A stretch of DNA of 64,000 nucleotides from a virus. The stretch is taken from positions 1-64,000 of the IMG/VR virus record IMGVR_UViG_3300046477_000491; one strand, written 5' to 3'. A program made the position numbers and the translations under genes. Below the pieces are notes generated by a model. It ran no database searches. It had not been told where the DNA came from and was given only the letters and a program-made list of their open reading frames with translations. Below are positions 28,648 through 37,824 of the stretch, in pieces (position 1 is the stretch's first letter; the number at the start of each line of letters is the position of its first letter).

Positions 28648-30744
28648 ATGGCCAGCATAGCGGCTGAACGCGCCCGCGCACGGGCTGACAAGGTCAACAG
28701 CGCCCGCCCCGGAACCCCCAACAGCTTCAAGTCCGCCACCGCGCTCGCACGCATCGTCAAGCGAGTCGGCGCCTACCTCCGGGTGTCCACCAAGGACCAG
28801 GTCATCGGCTACGGCCTCGACGTCCAGCTCAAGGGCATCCAGGACCACGTCGATGGCAAGAACGCCATCGAGCAGCGCAACGGCACCAACATCGTCTGGG
28901 AACTCGCCGAGATCTACGAGGACGCAGGCGAGTCCGGCGCCAAGCAGGACCGCCCCCAGATGATGCGCCTGGAGCGCGACGTCCGCGACAAGAAGATCGA
29001 CGTCGTCGCCGTCCACAAGTTCGACCGCATCGGCCGCACCGGCCGCGCCTTCTGGCACTGGGTCTGGGCCCTCGAAGACGCCGGAACCTCGATCATCTCC
29101 ACCACCCAGGAGATCGACACCACCACCACCCACGGCGTCACCGCCCTCCAGCAGCTCGCCTCCTTCTCCGAGATGGAATGGCGCACCATCCTGGAGCGCA
29201 CCCAGAACGGCCTCAACATGAAGGCCGCAGCCGGAGGCTGGACCGGAGGCCCCCCGCCGTACGGCTACCGCATCGAGAACCAGGGCAAGCGCGACTCCAA
29301 GCTGGCCCTGGACCCCCAGGAGAGCCGCACCCTCGAACTCGCCGCCCAGCTCATCGTCGAAGGCGGCTACACCGTCGACCGTGCCGCCCACATGCTCAAC
29401 CTCATCGGCCGCCTCACCCGCAAGGGCGTGGCATGGACCGGCTCCAACCTGCGGCACAAATTCCGTAACACCGCCCTGGACGGATTCGTCGTCTACCGCA
29501 ACACCGACGAGGTCGTCAACAAGCGCCGCAAGCGCGCCACCAAGATGAACCCCGACGGCTCCCCCAAGCACGGACCGATGATGATCATCGACACCCCGAT
29601 GGTCTTCGACATCGACCGGCTCATGTCCATCCGTCACGCGCTCCGGCGAAACGGCGGCTGGACCCACTCCGGCAACTACAAGTACCACCCGCTCAGCACC
29701 CGCGTTATCGGCGAATGCGGCGCCCACTACACCGGGGTCCACGTAAAGATCGAGGACCGCCGCACCTACCGCTGCTCCGGCAAGAAGTGCGGCGACTCCG
29801 TTATCGACGCCGTCGCGCTGGAAGAGATCGTCTGGGACAGCCTGAAGAAGTTCCTCGGCGACAAGTCCAAGCTGCGGGAGATCGCCAAGGACTGGGTCAC
29901 CACCGCGCCCGATCACCGGGAGATGTATGTCGCCCGTATCGACGAACTCGAAAAGGAGGTCGCGGGCCTTCTCGAACTCACCACGACGACGCTGGTGAAT
30001 CTCGCAACGGCAGGAGTCGACGCGCGGGCGATCAATTCAGCCGTCGCGAAGATCAACCAGGACATCAGCCTCAAGCAGACGATGCTCGATGACGCCCGGG
30101 ACATGCTGTCGAAGTCCGAGGAGGCTGCACAGCGCGCGGAGGATTTCCAGCGGCTGGTCGAGATCGCCAGCTTCAACCTGGAGAACATCAACGACCGGCA
30201 GAAGTCCGAGATCATGGACCTGCTGGAGATCCAGGTGACGCTTATAGGGCCGGTTCCGCTGGAGCGTCGCTTTGGGCCGGGGTCAGAAATCGAAGCGTGG
30301 CACGTCGAGCGTGGGCGTATGCCGAAGGAACTCACGGACGAGCTGTGGGAGCAGATCAAGCCCAACATCCCGTTCCGGGTCACCAAGCGGAGCCTGGACC
30401 TTCGACTGCTCGTGGAGGGGCTGATCCACAAGGCGCGTACGGGCTGCCCCTGGGATGAGATGCCTGAGCGGTTCCCCGACAAGAACGCTCTGCGCTCCCG
30501 CTGGAGGGCCTGGAGGGGCGGGACGTGGGAGAGCTTCATGGAGCCGCTTCTGGAGGCCGTACCGGTCCGTCCACTGCGTCAGGCGCCGCTTCCGCCCATG
30601 CGGGTGACGGGGAACATCGACCCCCGTCTGGTCGAGTTCACGAACGGCAAGCTGACGAGCCAGGTTCCTCACTCTGGCGCACCGACATCCAGGGGATCGT
30701 TCACGTACATCATCAACGTGGCTGATCTGCGATTGGCCGTCTGA
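28648..30744 (+). CDS. Large serine recombinase with an extra C-terminal IS5-transposase-like (DUF4096-like) HTH domain
   Basis: YLRVS catalytic motif, DRIGR, GGPPPYGY, Zn-ribbon (CG...YRC...C) and coiled coil, then 'LTDELWEQIKP...RTGCPWDEMPERF...RW.AW..GTW'. Confidence 0.9.
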   Translation: MASIAAERARARADKVNSARPGTPNSFKSATALARIVKRVGAYLRVSTKDQVIGYGLDVQLKGIQDHVDGKNAIEQRNGTNIVWELAEIYEDAGESGAKQDRPQMMRLERDVRDKKIDVVAVHKFDRIGRTGRAFWHWVWALEDAGTSIISTTQEIDTTTTHGVTALQQLASFSEMEWRTILERTQNGLNMKAAAGGWTGGPPPYGYRIENQGKRDSKLALDPQESRTLELAAQLIVEGGYTVDRAAHMLNLIGRLTRKGVAWTGSNLRHKFRNTALDGFVVYRNTDEVVNKRRKRATKMNPDGSPKHGPMMIIDTPMVFDIDRLMSIRHALRRNGGWTHSGNYKYHPLSTRVIGECGAHYTGVHVKIEDRRTYRCSGKKCGDSVIDAVALEEIVWDSLKKFLGDKSKLREIAKDWVTTAPDHREMYVARIDELEKEVAGLLELTTTTLVNLATAGVDARAINSAVAKINQDISLKQTMLDDARDMLSKSEEAAQRAEDFQRLVEIASFNLENINDRQKSEIMDLLEIQVTLIGPVPLERRFGPGSEIEAWHVERGRMPKELTDELWEQIKPNIPFRVTKRSLDLRLLVEGLIHKARTGCPWDEMPERFPDKNALRSRWRAWRGGTWESFMEPLLEAVPVRPLRQAPLPPMRVTGNIDPRLVEFTNGKLTSQVPHSGAPTSRGSFTYIINVADLRLAV

Positions 30745-30758
30745 CCTGCGGAAACGCT

Positions 30759-30792
30759 GAAGGCCCCTACCCGATCAGGGTGGGGGCCTTCT
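30759..30792. terminator. Bidirectional terminator
   Basis: GAAGGCCCCTACCC...GGGTGGGGGCCTTC between convergent genes. Confidence 0.75.
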
Positions 30793-31065
30793 TCATGCCT
30801 CCCGACGGGAGAGGACATCCAGCACGCCGAGCAGACTCTGGGCCCCTCGGCGGGCCTCCAGCAGACTCTCCGGCGTGGACTGCTTGCGGTAGTCGTCGAG
30901 CGCCTTCGCCAGGCCCGAGCCGACGCTGTCTGCCCAGTCCAGCACGTCGCCCGTGGGGAGCCGGTCCAGACGCTTGGCGACCTTCCCCCGGACCGGGTCG
31001 ACCATCTCCTCCGAGGCGCCGTCAGCGCCCTGCCACAGTCCCTTCAGAACAGCCCAAGCGCGCAC
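30793..31065 (-). CDS. Hypothetical protein
   Basis: Helical 70-90 aa ORF; start uncertain. Confidence 0.5.
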   Translation of the reverse strand: MRAWAVLKGLWQGADGASEEMVDPVRGKVAKRLDRLPTGDVLDWADSVGSGLAKALDDYRKQSTPESLLEARRGAQSLLGVLDVLSRREA

Positions 31066-31163
31066 AGTGCCTCATACTCCTCGTCGGTGTCGTCCGTCTT
31101 CTGGGCCACGACCCTGCGGGCCGCCGCCTTCTCTTCCTCGGTGTTCTCAGGTGAGGAGGGCAT
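31044..31163 (-). CDS. 39-aa hypothetical protein (MPSSPENTEEEKAAARRVVAQKTDDTDEEYEALCALGLF)
   Basis: GGAGG RBS; fills the gap between neighbouring genes. Confidence 0.5.
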   Translation of the reverse strand: MPSSPENTEEEKAAARRVVAQKTDDTDEEYEALCALGLF

Positions 31164-31452
31164 CGTCGACCTCCGCGTCGAATCTGTGGGCGTGGTCGCG
31201 GATGTCGTCGGTCGACAGTGCGTTTCCGTATCCCTGGAGAGCGGTATAGAGAGCGTCGCTTTCCGAGCGCCAGGTGTGGCGCCAGCGGCCGAGGACGATT
31301 CCCTTGCCCGGCCATATCTTCAGGATCACGGAATTGGAGCGCCGATAGGGCGGCTCTATCTCGTCCGTGGGAGCGCGGTGGATAAGTGGCGTATGGGGGC
31401 GCAGGTTCACCGCGTGAACGAAGAAGGGCCCCACCCCATGTGTATTCGGCAT
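31147..31452 (-). CDS. Hypothetical protein
   Basis: 101 aa ORF in a minus-strand run. Confidence 0.55.
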   Translation of the reverse strand: MPNTHGVGPFFVHAVNLRPHTPLIHRAPTDEIEPPYRRSNSVILKIWPGKGIVLGRWRHTWRSESDALYTALQGYGNALSTDDIRDHAHRFDAEVDDALLT

Positions 31453-31491
31453 GGGAAGGAGCCTATTCTCCGGGCCGCCGGAAATGGTAAA

Positions 31492-31935
31492 TCAGTGATC
31501 GCCAGTGGGTTCGTCGAGATCGTGTTCCGGTGCGTAGGCGAAGTTGTTCAGCGTCCGGTTGATTGCGCGGCCGGGGCTCTTTACGCGCTTGAAGTTCCGC
31601 CAGACATTTGGCGGGACGTTGTAGTAGCCGTAGACCTGGCCATTCCTGAACCGTACCCGTAGCGTCTGAGAATCCTTGTCGTATCCAGCGGCAAGAGTTC
31701 TCGGGCGCGGCGGATTGATCGAGGGGGTCGGCTGGTATGGGAGGAGGTCCCCGTCGTCGCCGTCTTTCGCCAGTTGGATTGCGTCGGCGAGTTCCTGCGA
31801 CATTATCCGGCGGGATCCCGGAGGGGCGCTGGGGGTTGTTCGGGGCGGTTCTGGGGTGGTCGGCATGGAGAACAGGCTGAGCTGTTCGAAGTCGCTGCCG
31901 CGCTTGTTCGGGCCGCGCGGTCCTCTGCGTGCCAC
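31492..31935 (-). CDS. KTSC domain protein
   Basis: 'AGYD.....LRVRFRNGQVYGYYNVP...W......SPGR.IN'. Confidence 0.85.
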   Translation of the reverse strand: MARRGPRGPNKRGSDFEQLSLFSMPTTPEPPRTTPSAPPGSRRIMSQELADAIQLAKDGDDGDLLPYQPTPSINPPRPRTLAAGYDKDSQTLRVRFRNGQVYGYYNVPPNVWRNFKRVKSPGRAINRTLNNFAYAPEHDLDEPTGDH

Positions 31936-32003
31936 TGTGTCTCCTTAAACGCAGCCGCCCCTGCCCCGGTGAAGGGAAGCAGGGGCGTGTGAGGCTGCTT
32001 GGG

Positions 32004-32414
32004 TCAGGCCGGGACGTTGTCGACCGTGGAGGCCACCGCTGGGGCGTTCTCGGCACCGGGAGCGGTCGCGGTGCCCGCGTTGCGGGTGCCCTCGTAGACA
32101 CCGGTACCGGCGAGGCGGTCGTCGCCCTCCGGGCCACCCGGGTGCTTCGCAGCCTCCTCCGGGCTCAGCACGACGAGACCGGCGTTGTGAGTGGCCGGGT
32201 CGACGCCGATGGCGCGCTGGGCGGCCGGGTCGGGCAACTGGGCCGGGACGAAGACCTGGCCGGGGATGGCGTCCACGTTCTCGTACTTGGTGCCGTGCTG
32301 AACGGTCCAGCCGAGGTTGGGGTGGTCCCAGTCCGAGGAGCGGCCGGGGACGACCGCCGGGATCGCGGCCGGGGTCTCGCCGACGGGGGCCTCGGTGTTC
32401 TTTGGAGAAGGCAC
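32004..32414 (-). CDS. Hypothetical protein
   Basis: GAGG RBS, strong codon bias, terminator hairpin downstream. Confidence 0.65.
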   Translation of the reverse strand: MPSPKNTEAPVGETPAAIPAVVPGRSSDWDHPNLGWTVQHGTKYENVDAIPGQVFVPAQLPDPAAQRAIGVDPATHNAGLVVLSPEEAAKHPGGPEGDDRLAGTGVYEGTRNAGTATAPGAENAPAVASTVDNVPA

Positions 32415-32575
32415 TGTTTTCCTCTTTCGCAGGTTTACCGGTTCTGCTGGACGGTCCAGCCCGGTTCCTGCACCGGACCCTCTTCGTCCTCTTCAAGATT
32501 ATGAGGGCAGTCAGTCCCTGAATAGACATGCTGGCCGTCTACGAATACGCAGCGGGATGTGTACATGTGGGTCTC

Positions 32576-32764
32576 CTACAGGGAACTGCCTGCCTCGGTA
32601 TTTGAGCCTAGCGGCATTCCGGCCGGAGTTTCCCATGGCTGCATTCCGGCGAACTGGTCGGCGGAGAGTAGGGACTGCCGGAGGGGGCTGCCGCCCACGG
32701 TGAAGGCGTAGCCGCCTGCATAGGCATCACCGGTGGCGGGGATGGGTTCAGGCGCCTTGCGCAT
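32576..32764 (-). CDS. Small hypothetical protein
   Basis: GGAGGAG RBS. Confidence 0.45.
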   Translation of the reverse strand: MRKAPEPIPATGDAYAGGYAFTVGGSPLRQSLLSADQFAGMQPWETPAGMPLGSNTEAGSSL

Positions 32765-32951
32765 GGTTCTCCTCCCGGGCCTGGGCGAAGCCGGTGCGCA
32801 GCCGTACGAGGCGCACCCTGGTGGTGCGCAGTCGGCTCATGTGCTCAGGGGTCGAGCCGACGACCTTGACCACTTCGTCTATGCAGCGGTCTACGAGGTC
32901 TTCGAGGTCGGCGATGTCATCGCGTCTCGTCTGGGGCAGCAGGGGCATCAC
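32748..32951 (-). CDS. Small hypothetical protein coupled to the holin-like gene
   Basis: GGAGG RBS, GTGA overlap. Confidence 0.5.
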   Translation of the reverse strand: MMPLLPQTRRDDIADLEDLVDRCIDEVVKVVGSTPEHMSRLRTTRVRLVRLRTGFAQAREENHAQGA

Positions 32952-33289
32952 GGCCTCCTCCGGCGGGGCCGGGGGCCTCCGTCGCTCTGAAACAGGTCCA
33001 GTACGTCTTCCAGGACGTCGGTGACGGTGGCCTGGGTGGCTACGCTGTCCCGGGTGGCCTGGACGAGGTCCTTGGCTGCGGAGACCATCTGCTCGGCGAG
33101 GGGCACGACCTTCTCGGTGAGGGCGCGGAGTCGCTTGTTCTCTTCGACTTCACGTCGGTATGCCTTGCCGGAGACGACGACTTCGGTGACGAACACGGCG
33201 AATATGAAGGCCGCGATCGGGCCGAGGACCAAGGGGTTGTCGACGGACAGTCCGCCCCCTCCTGGTCCCGAAGCGAGCAAAAGAAACAT
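32948..33289 (-). CDS. Holin-like membrane protein
   Basis: One N-terminal transmembrane helix, then 'VVSGKAYRRE' and a coiled coil, as in actinophage holin-like proteins. Confidence 0.55.
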   Translation of the reverse strand: MFLLLASGPGGGGLSVDNPLVLGPIAAFIFAVFVTEVVVSGKAYRREVEENKRLRALTEKVVPLAEQMVSAAKDLVQATRDSVATQATVTDVLEDVLDLFQSDGGPRPRRRRP

Positions 33290-33361
33290 CCCGGGTACCG
33301 TCCGTCGCTATTGGGGCTTGCGACTTTAATGGTACCCGGGATGATTCTTGGCGTATTAGGG

Positions 33362-33649
33362 CTAGAGATTAAGTCCCTTCTTCTGGAGTCGGTTCTTCAG
33401 CTTCACGAAAGCCACGCTGACCGGGGTAAGGCCGCAGATCTCGGGAATCTGCTTCTCTCGGTCTTCATCCGTCCAGTCCTTCCGTGGCTTGTCGAGGGGC
33501 GGTGGGGTCCACTTGAGGTGGTTGCCTCCGGTGACTTCGATCGTCCAGCCCTGCTTCCGGGCCGTCTTGGCCAGGGCCTCGGTCTCCTTGTTCGTGCCGA
33601 GCTTTCCACGTCCGCCGCTTCCAGCAACTGCCTTGCCCTTGGGGGGCAT
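33362..33649 (-). CDS. HicA-like protein
   Basis: 'L...ARKQGWTIEVTGGNHLKW.PP...TP......L.K.GL' HicA-type pattern. Confidence 0.6.
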   Translation of the reverse strand: MPPKGKAVAGSGGRGKLGTNKETEALAKTARKQGWTIEVTGGNHLKWTPPPLDKPRKDWTDEDREKQIPEICGLTPVSVAFVKLKNRLQKKGLNL

Positions 33650-33895
33650 TGGGACCTCCTAGGTCGAGTAGTACTTGGTGACGTAGTAACTGTATGGGTG
33701 ACCAATACGGCTTCGCAAGCAACTTCACGAAACCGGTTGACGTGACCTAGGCCACAAACCGACAAGTAAGTATTGACGATCGGCACATGTAAGGTCCACC
33801 TAACTACCGATCGTTCGGGTACAGAGAGTGAAGAGTCCCAGGACAGCACAAAACCCCGCCTGCCAGTGTGGCAAACGGGGCTGAGTGCGGCCAGG

Positions 33896-35041
33896 TTAAC
33901 GGCCGATCGTGTTGCGGCGCCGCAGCGGGTCTCCTCGCTGGGCATCCACGGGAACGATCTGCGTGGGTGGATCCACGTCCTCGGGAAGGTCCTCCAGCTT
34001 GGTCCAGTAGGGCTCGATCCACTTGGTGTCGGACTGGGTGCGCTCCCCGGCCTTACCGGGACCGAACCAGACCGTCTTGAAATGCCCGGCCCGGTGCTGG
34101 GGCCCGTACTCGATGCCAGAAGGGATGGAGATGTCGGAGCGAGGGGCGTGGTTGGCGCGCTTGCGGGCGTCGTGCAGCTTGGGACCGATGTACCAGCCGA
34201 CGCGGACCCAGAACGGCTCACGCTCCTTGCGCTGGCGGCCCTTTCCGGTCTTCCGCTTCCGCTGAGCCGTCAGCCACTCCGGGGGCTCCTCGACGTCCCG
34301 GTTGTCACAGCACAGGTAGGTGATCACCGAGAAGGTCTTTTCGAGCAGCGGCCGGAAGGACTTCATCGCCCGGCGCAGCTCCGCGTCGTCGACCACGGCG
34401 CCCTGCCACTGCTCCACGTGCTTGATCGCGTCCTGGGCCGAGAACTTCTCCATGCTGGTGGGCAGCGGCATGAAGTCCCGTGCTCCGCCAGCGATGATCT
34501 CGCCAGTGTCCTCGTCGACCACGTCGTAGAGGTACAGGACGCCAAGGCCCTCGCGCTGCGGGTCGTTGGTGTTGCACAGGGCCCGCCCCACCCATCCGAA
34601 GATCATGAAGGCGCGGACCCAGCCGCCTTCCTTGGTGCCCCGGCCCGGTCCGGCTGGCCAGGGGTCCGGCAGGACCACCATCGGGTTGATGTGCGGGAGC
34701 TGGTCGAAGATGCGACCGGGAACCGTGCCCATCCGGGAGCGGGCCAGCGCGTCGGACAGCTCTTCGTGGAGGTCGTAGACGACGCGGCCGTTGCGCTTCC
34801 ACAGCTCGCACACGCCGATCTCACCCATGAGGTCGCCGACCTGCTCCAGTGTCTGCTTGCTGAACTGGGTCTGGTCGTGAATGTCCCAGTGGAGGGGGAT
34901 TCCCCGGATCAGCCCGTCCAGCCGCCTGGCGATCTTGGGTTCGGCCCGCAGCTCCGTGCTGGCCTCCGTGAGCATGGCGATGTGCTTCATCGCGCGCTCG
35001 TGCGCCTCGCTACCCCTGCGGGTCCTGTCCTGGTGTGCCAT
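33896..35041 (-). CDS. AcrVA2/FinQ-like phage protein
   Basis: 'W....VY.L..EL..AL.......P...F.QLP', 'YLCC', 'VGW.IG..L' and 'PQHRAGHF..VW.GP...WI.P.W' motifs, recalled from the family. Confidence 0.5.
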   Translation of the reverse strand: MAHQDRTRRGSEAHERAMKHIAMLTEASTELRAEPKIARRLDGLIRGIPLHWDIHDQTQFSKQTLEQVGDLMGEIGVCELWKRNGRVVYDLHEELSDALARSRMGTVPGRIFDQLPHINPMVVLPDPWPAGPGRGTKEGGWVRAFMIFGWVGRALCNTNDPQREGLGVLYLYDVVDEDTGEIIAGGARDFMPLPTSMEKFSAQDAIKHVEQWQGAVVDDAELRRAMKSFRPLLEKTFSVITYLCCDNRDVEEPPEWLTAQRKRKTGKGRQRKEREPFWVRVGWYIGPKLHDARKRANHAPRSDISIPSGIEYGPQHRAGHFKTVWFGPGKAGERTQSDTKWIEPYWTKLEDLPEDVDPPTQIVPVDAQRGDPLRRRNTIGR

Positions 35042-35076
35042 CGGTCCCTCCCTGACGTGCAAATTCTACGGGCAGG

Positions 35077-35105
35077 AACTTACTCCGGACGTTACGTGTT
35101 GTCAA
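35077..35105 (-). promoter_or_regulatory. sigma70/HrdB-type promoter
   Basis: TTGACA-17-TAAGTT upstream of 33896-35041. Confidence 0.75.
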
Positions 35106-35240
35106 GCAGTCTTTTTAATTAACTTGACGCCATCGGGCAATACGAAGCCCCGGCCACTGCCTCGGGGGAGGAGCAGTGAGCCGGGGCTTCCATCCGACCG
35201 CCGAGGGGATGATCCACAGCGGCCGGGGGGACCTGCCCTG

Positions 35241-35501
35241 TCAGGGGACCGACAGGGCAGGGGCTTCAGGCGGGCCGTCGTCGTGCCGCACGACTCGGTG
35301 GTAGTTCGTCGTGGTCTGCCGGTAGCCGAAGTGCGCGGTGCGGCCCGCGTGCTTGAGCGCCCACTCCTGGCACTGCTCGTACGGCAGGCACCCGGAGGTC
35401 TCATCGCAGGAGGTGCACGCCATCTCCTCCATGTCCTTCTCGGCGGCGGGCTCCGGGCCGATGGAGTGGTTCACGAAGCGGTACAGGGACTTCGTCGTCA
35501 C
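35241..35501 (-). CDS. Small Zn-binding protein of the XRE/DUF397 cassette
   Basis: CTSC...WALKH...H motif. Confidence 0.65.
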   Translation of the reverse strand: MTTKSLYRFVNHSIGPEPAAEKDMEEMACTSCDETSGCLPYEQCQEWALKHAGRTAHFGYRQTTTNYHRVVRHDDGPPEAPALSVP

Positions 35502-35725
35502 AACTCCCCCCGGCTGCGGGCGTTGGCCAGCGCGACCCCGGCACTCAGCAGCTCGGACGCGGTGGGCTGGCGCAGGTCGGCCTTCGACGTCCACCACTCC
35601 GTCCCGCCGGTCCGCTTACGCATGGCGCACCGCTCGGGGCCGACCTCCATGACCTCGGCCACCAGGTTCTTGGTTGCGTCGTAGGCCAGGGAGTGCGGTT
35701 CGGGCTCGTACCACTGCTCAGGCAT
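35498..35725 (-). CDS. Small protein of the XRE/DUF397 cassette
   Basis: 'EVM......MR...GG.EW......LR' pattern typical of these Streptomyces loci. Confidence 0.6.
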   Translation of the reverse strand: MPEQWYEPEPHSLAYDATKNLVAEVMEVGPERCAMRKRTGGTEWWTSKADLRQPTASELLSAGVALANARSRGEL

Positions 35726-35993
35726 GGCTGCTTGCCTCCTCGGTTGCCGCGACCTTCTCCCGCAGCTCGACCAGCTCGACGAGGAGGGCCGCCAGGTCCT
35801 GGGCGACGTCGGGGCGGCACCGGCCGAGTTCGACGAGCGGGCTGGACATCGCGCTGTACTCCCGGTCGAGGGAGGGGAACGTGACACCCACCGCCGCCAG
35901 CGCGGCCTTGAGGGACTGGACCGCGTCGGTCGTCTCCTTGGTGGACCACGTGGTGGGGGGTTGCCCCTGCCTCTTCGCTCTCGTCCCCGCCAT
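35718..35993 (-). CDS. Small protein divergent from the XRE regulator
   Basis: 'L.AAL..VGVTFPSL.......LVELGRC..DVA..LA' pattern. Confidence 0.65.
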   Translation of the reverse strand: MAGTRAKRQGQPPTTWSTKETTDAVQSLKAALAAVGVTFPSLDREYSAMSSPLVELGRCRPDVAQDLAALLVELVELREKVAATEEASSHA

Positions 35994-36204
35994 CTGCGTC
36001 TCCTTCGCCGAGCCCAACGAACGTGCATCGAACAGCAGTTGGAAGAGTGAGTGACGACGCCACCACCCTCCGCGAGTAGCATCCTCCCCATCCGTCTGTC
36101 ATGCAAGTGCATGAGCTGAGCAAGTGCACGTAAGGATGAAGGCTGTTCCGTGCTAAGAGGGGGTGGCAGACTGTGAGGCAGTACCCGCAACCAGGGAGGT
36201 CCCG

Positions 36205-37071
36205 TTGGCAGCCAATCCGACCGTGCTGAAGCGACGGCTCGGTAGAGAGCTGCGCAACTTGCGCCAGACCAAGAACCTGACGGCCGCGCAGGTCGCCAAG
36301 TCGCTCAACTGGTCCGAGTCCAAGGTCAGCAGGATCGAGGGCGGTAAGTCGCCGCTCTCAGACAAGGATGCCAGAGCGCTACTGGGCCTGTACGGAGTTG
36401 ATAAGTCTGAGGAGATCCAGCAGTTCGTCGGACTCGTCCGCCGAAGCCGCCAGGAGGGGTGGTGGCACAGCTACGGCGACGCGCTCCCGGACTGGTTCAA
36501 GGCGTTCGTGGGCTTCGAGGCCGATGCGTCCGAGATCCGGATCTACCAGAACGAGCTGATCCCGGGACTTCTCCAGACCAAGGCGTACGCCTTCGAGGTC
36601 ATCCGCGCGATGAACCCGGAGGAGACGACCGAGCAGGTGGAGAACCGGGCGTCTCTCCGCTTCGAGCGGCAGGAGATCCTGGGCCGCAAGGAGCCTGCCC
36701 CGCCGAGGATTTGGACGATCCTCAACGAATCAGCCCTGCGTCGTTCCGTCGGGTCTGGAATGGTGATGGCCGAACAGCTCAATCACGTGGCCAACCTGGT
36801 CGACGAGCACCCGGGTGTCACTGTTCAGATTCTCCCGTTCGACGCCGGGGCCCACGCAAGCATGGGGTACAACTTTTCGATCTTGTCGTTCAGCGACGTT
36901 CCAGGCAGCATCGCCTACACCGAGGCGCTGACGTCCGCGACGTACATCGACAAGGAGTTGGACCTCGGCCGCCATGACCAGATCTTCCAGCGGCTCATGG
37001 CGGCATCCGTAAGGCCAGAGAAATCCGTTTCCTGGCTCAGAGAAACAGCAAGGGACTACGACCGTGCATAA
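36205..37071 (+). CDS. XRE-family HTH regulator (DUF5753 / Scr1-like)
   Basis: 'RRLGRELRNLR...SESKVSRIEGG', 'GWW', 'IPGLLQT.AYA', 'R..RQ.IL', 'VQILPF'. Confidence 0.92.
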   Translation: MAANPTVLKRRLGRELRNLRQTKNLTAAQVAKSLNWSESKVSRIEGGKSPLSDKDARALLGLYGVDKSEEIQQFVGLVRRSRQEGWWHSYGDALPDWFKAFVGFEADASEIRIYQNELIPGLLQTKAYAFEVIRAMNPEETTEQVENRASLRFERQEILGRKEPAPPRIWTILNESALRRSVGSGMVMAEQLNHVANLVDEHPGVTVQILPFDAGAHASMGYNFSILSFSDVPGSIAYTEALTSATYIDKELDLGRHDQIFQRLMAASVRPEKSVSWLRETARDYDRA

Positions 37072-37264
37072 CGACCAGCCGCTGATCTTCGTCAAGAGCA
37101 GCTACAGCAACGGACAGGGCGACTGCGTCGAGGTCGCCAAGACGGCCGACGGCGGCCGTGCCGTCCGCGACTCCAAGAACCCCATGGGCGGTACCCACTT
37201 CCACACACCGGCCGGGTGGGCCGCGTTCCTCGACGGCGTGAAGGCCGGGGACTTCGACGCCTGA
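37064..37264 (+). CDS. DUF397 protein
   Basis: 'KSSYS....DCVEVA.......VRDSK.P.......W.AF'. Confidence 0.93.
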   Translation: MHNDQPLIFVKSSYSNGQGDCVEVAKTADGGRAVRDSKNPMGGTHFHTPAGWAAFLDGVKAGDFDA

Positions 37265-37271
37265 TACGACA

Positions 37272-37312
37272 GAAGCCCCCGTCTCCCACCGGAATGGGTA
37301 GACGGGGGCTTC
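37272..37312. terminator. Bidirectional terminator
   Basis: GAAGCCCCCGTCT...AGACGGGGGCTTC between convergent genes. Confidence 0.75.
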
Positions 37313-37320
37313 CGCATGTC

Positions 37321-37824
37321 CTACACCCACTCTCCAGTGAGTGCACCGTGGACGTCGGCCTCGCGGTAGGTGTCGGGCTTGAGGATCTTGCCGTCCTCGC
37401 GGCGGATCACCTGGCCGTTGGGGCCGACCTTGCTCATGTTCGAGCGGTGGACCTCGGCGAAGATCGCTTCGAGCGGGATCTCCAGGAGGTCGGCAGTGCC
37501 GTAGACGACGTACAGGACGTCGGCCAACTCCTTGGCCAGGGCCTCGTACCAGTGCGGGGCCTCGACGACGTGCTTCCGGCTGAGGAGCATGTCCTGGTTG
37601 GCCTCGAAGTGGTCGTCCATGATCTGGGCCTTGCGGTAGTTCAGAAGGGCCTCCAGGGCCTCCTGGACCTCCTCGGCGATGAGGGTGGACCGCAGGGCGA
37701 TCAGGTCGTCCCGTCCGGCGTCCTCGCGCTCGATGAACCGCTTCTCCCCCACTGCCTGGTGCCACTGTCTCAACGACGCCATCGGCCGGTGGGGGCGGGT
37801 ATTAAGCCAGGTCTTCGCTGTCAC
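37321..37824 (-). CDS. MazG-like / PRA-PH nucleotide pyrophosphohydrolase
   Basis: 'LIAEEVQE', 'KELADVLYVVYG', 'EVHRSNMSK', 'REDGKILKP'. Confidence 0.88.
   Translation of the reverse strand: MTAKTWLNTRPHRPMASLRQWHQAVGEKRFIEREDAGRDDLIALRSTLIAEEVQEALEALLNYRKAQIMDDHFEANQDMLLSRKHVVEAPHWYEALAKELADVLYVVYGTADLLEIPLEAIFAEVHRSNMSKVGPNGQVIRREDGKILKPDTYREADVHGALTGEWV

Noticed and set aside
28525-30760. attP or prophage boundary near the recombinases (including CTGACCTGCGGAAAC at about 30741) or at the tRNAs
   Set aside because: Phage-type genes continue on both sides and no duplicated core sequence could be identified by eye.
25960-33289. Terminase small subunit and endolysin
   Set aside because: No ORF here could be assigned to either from motifs; they may be unrecognised or outside the window.
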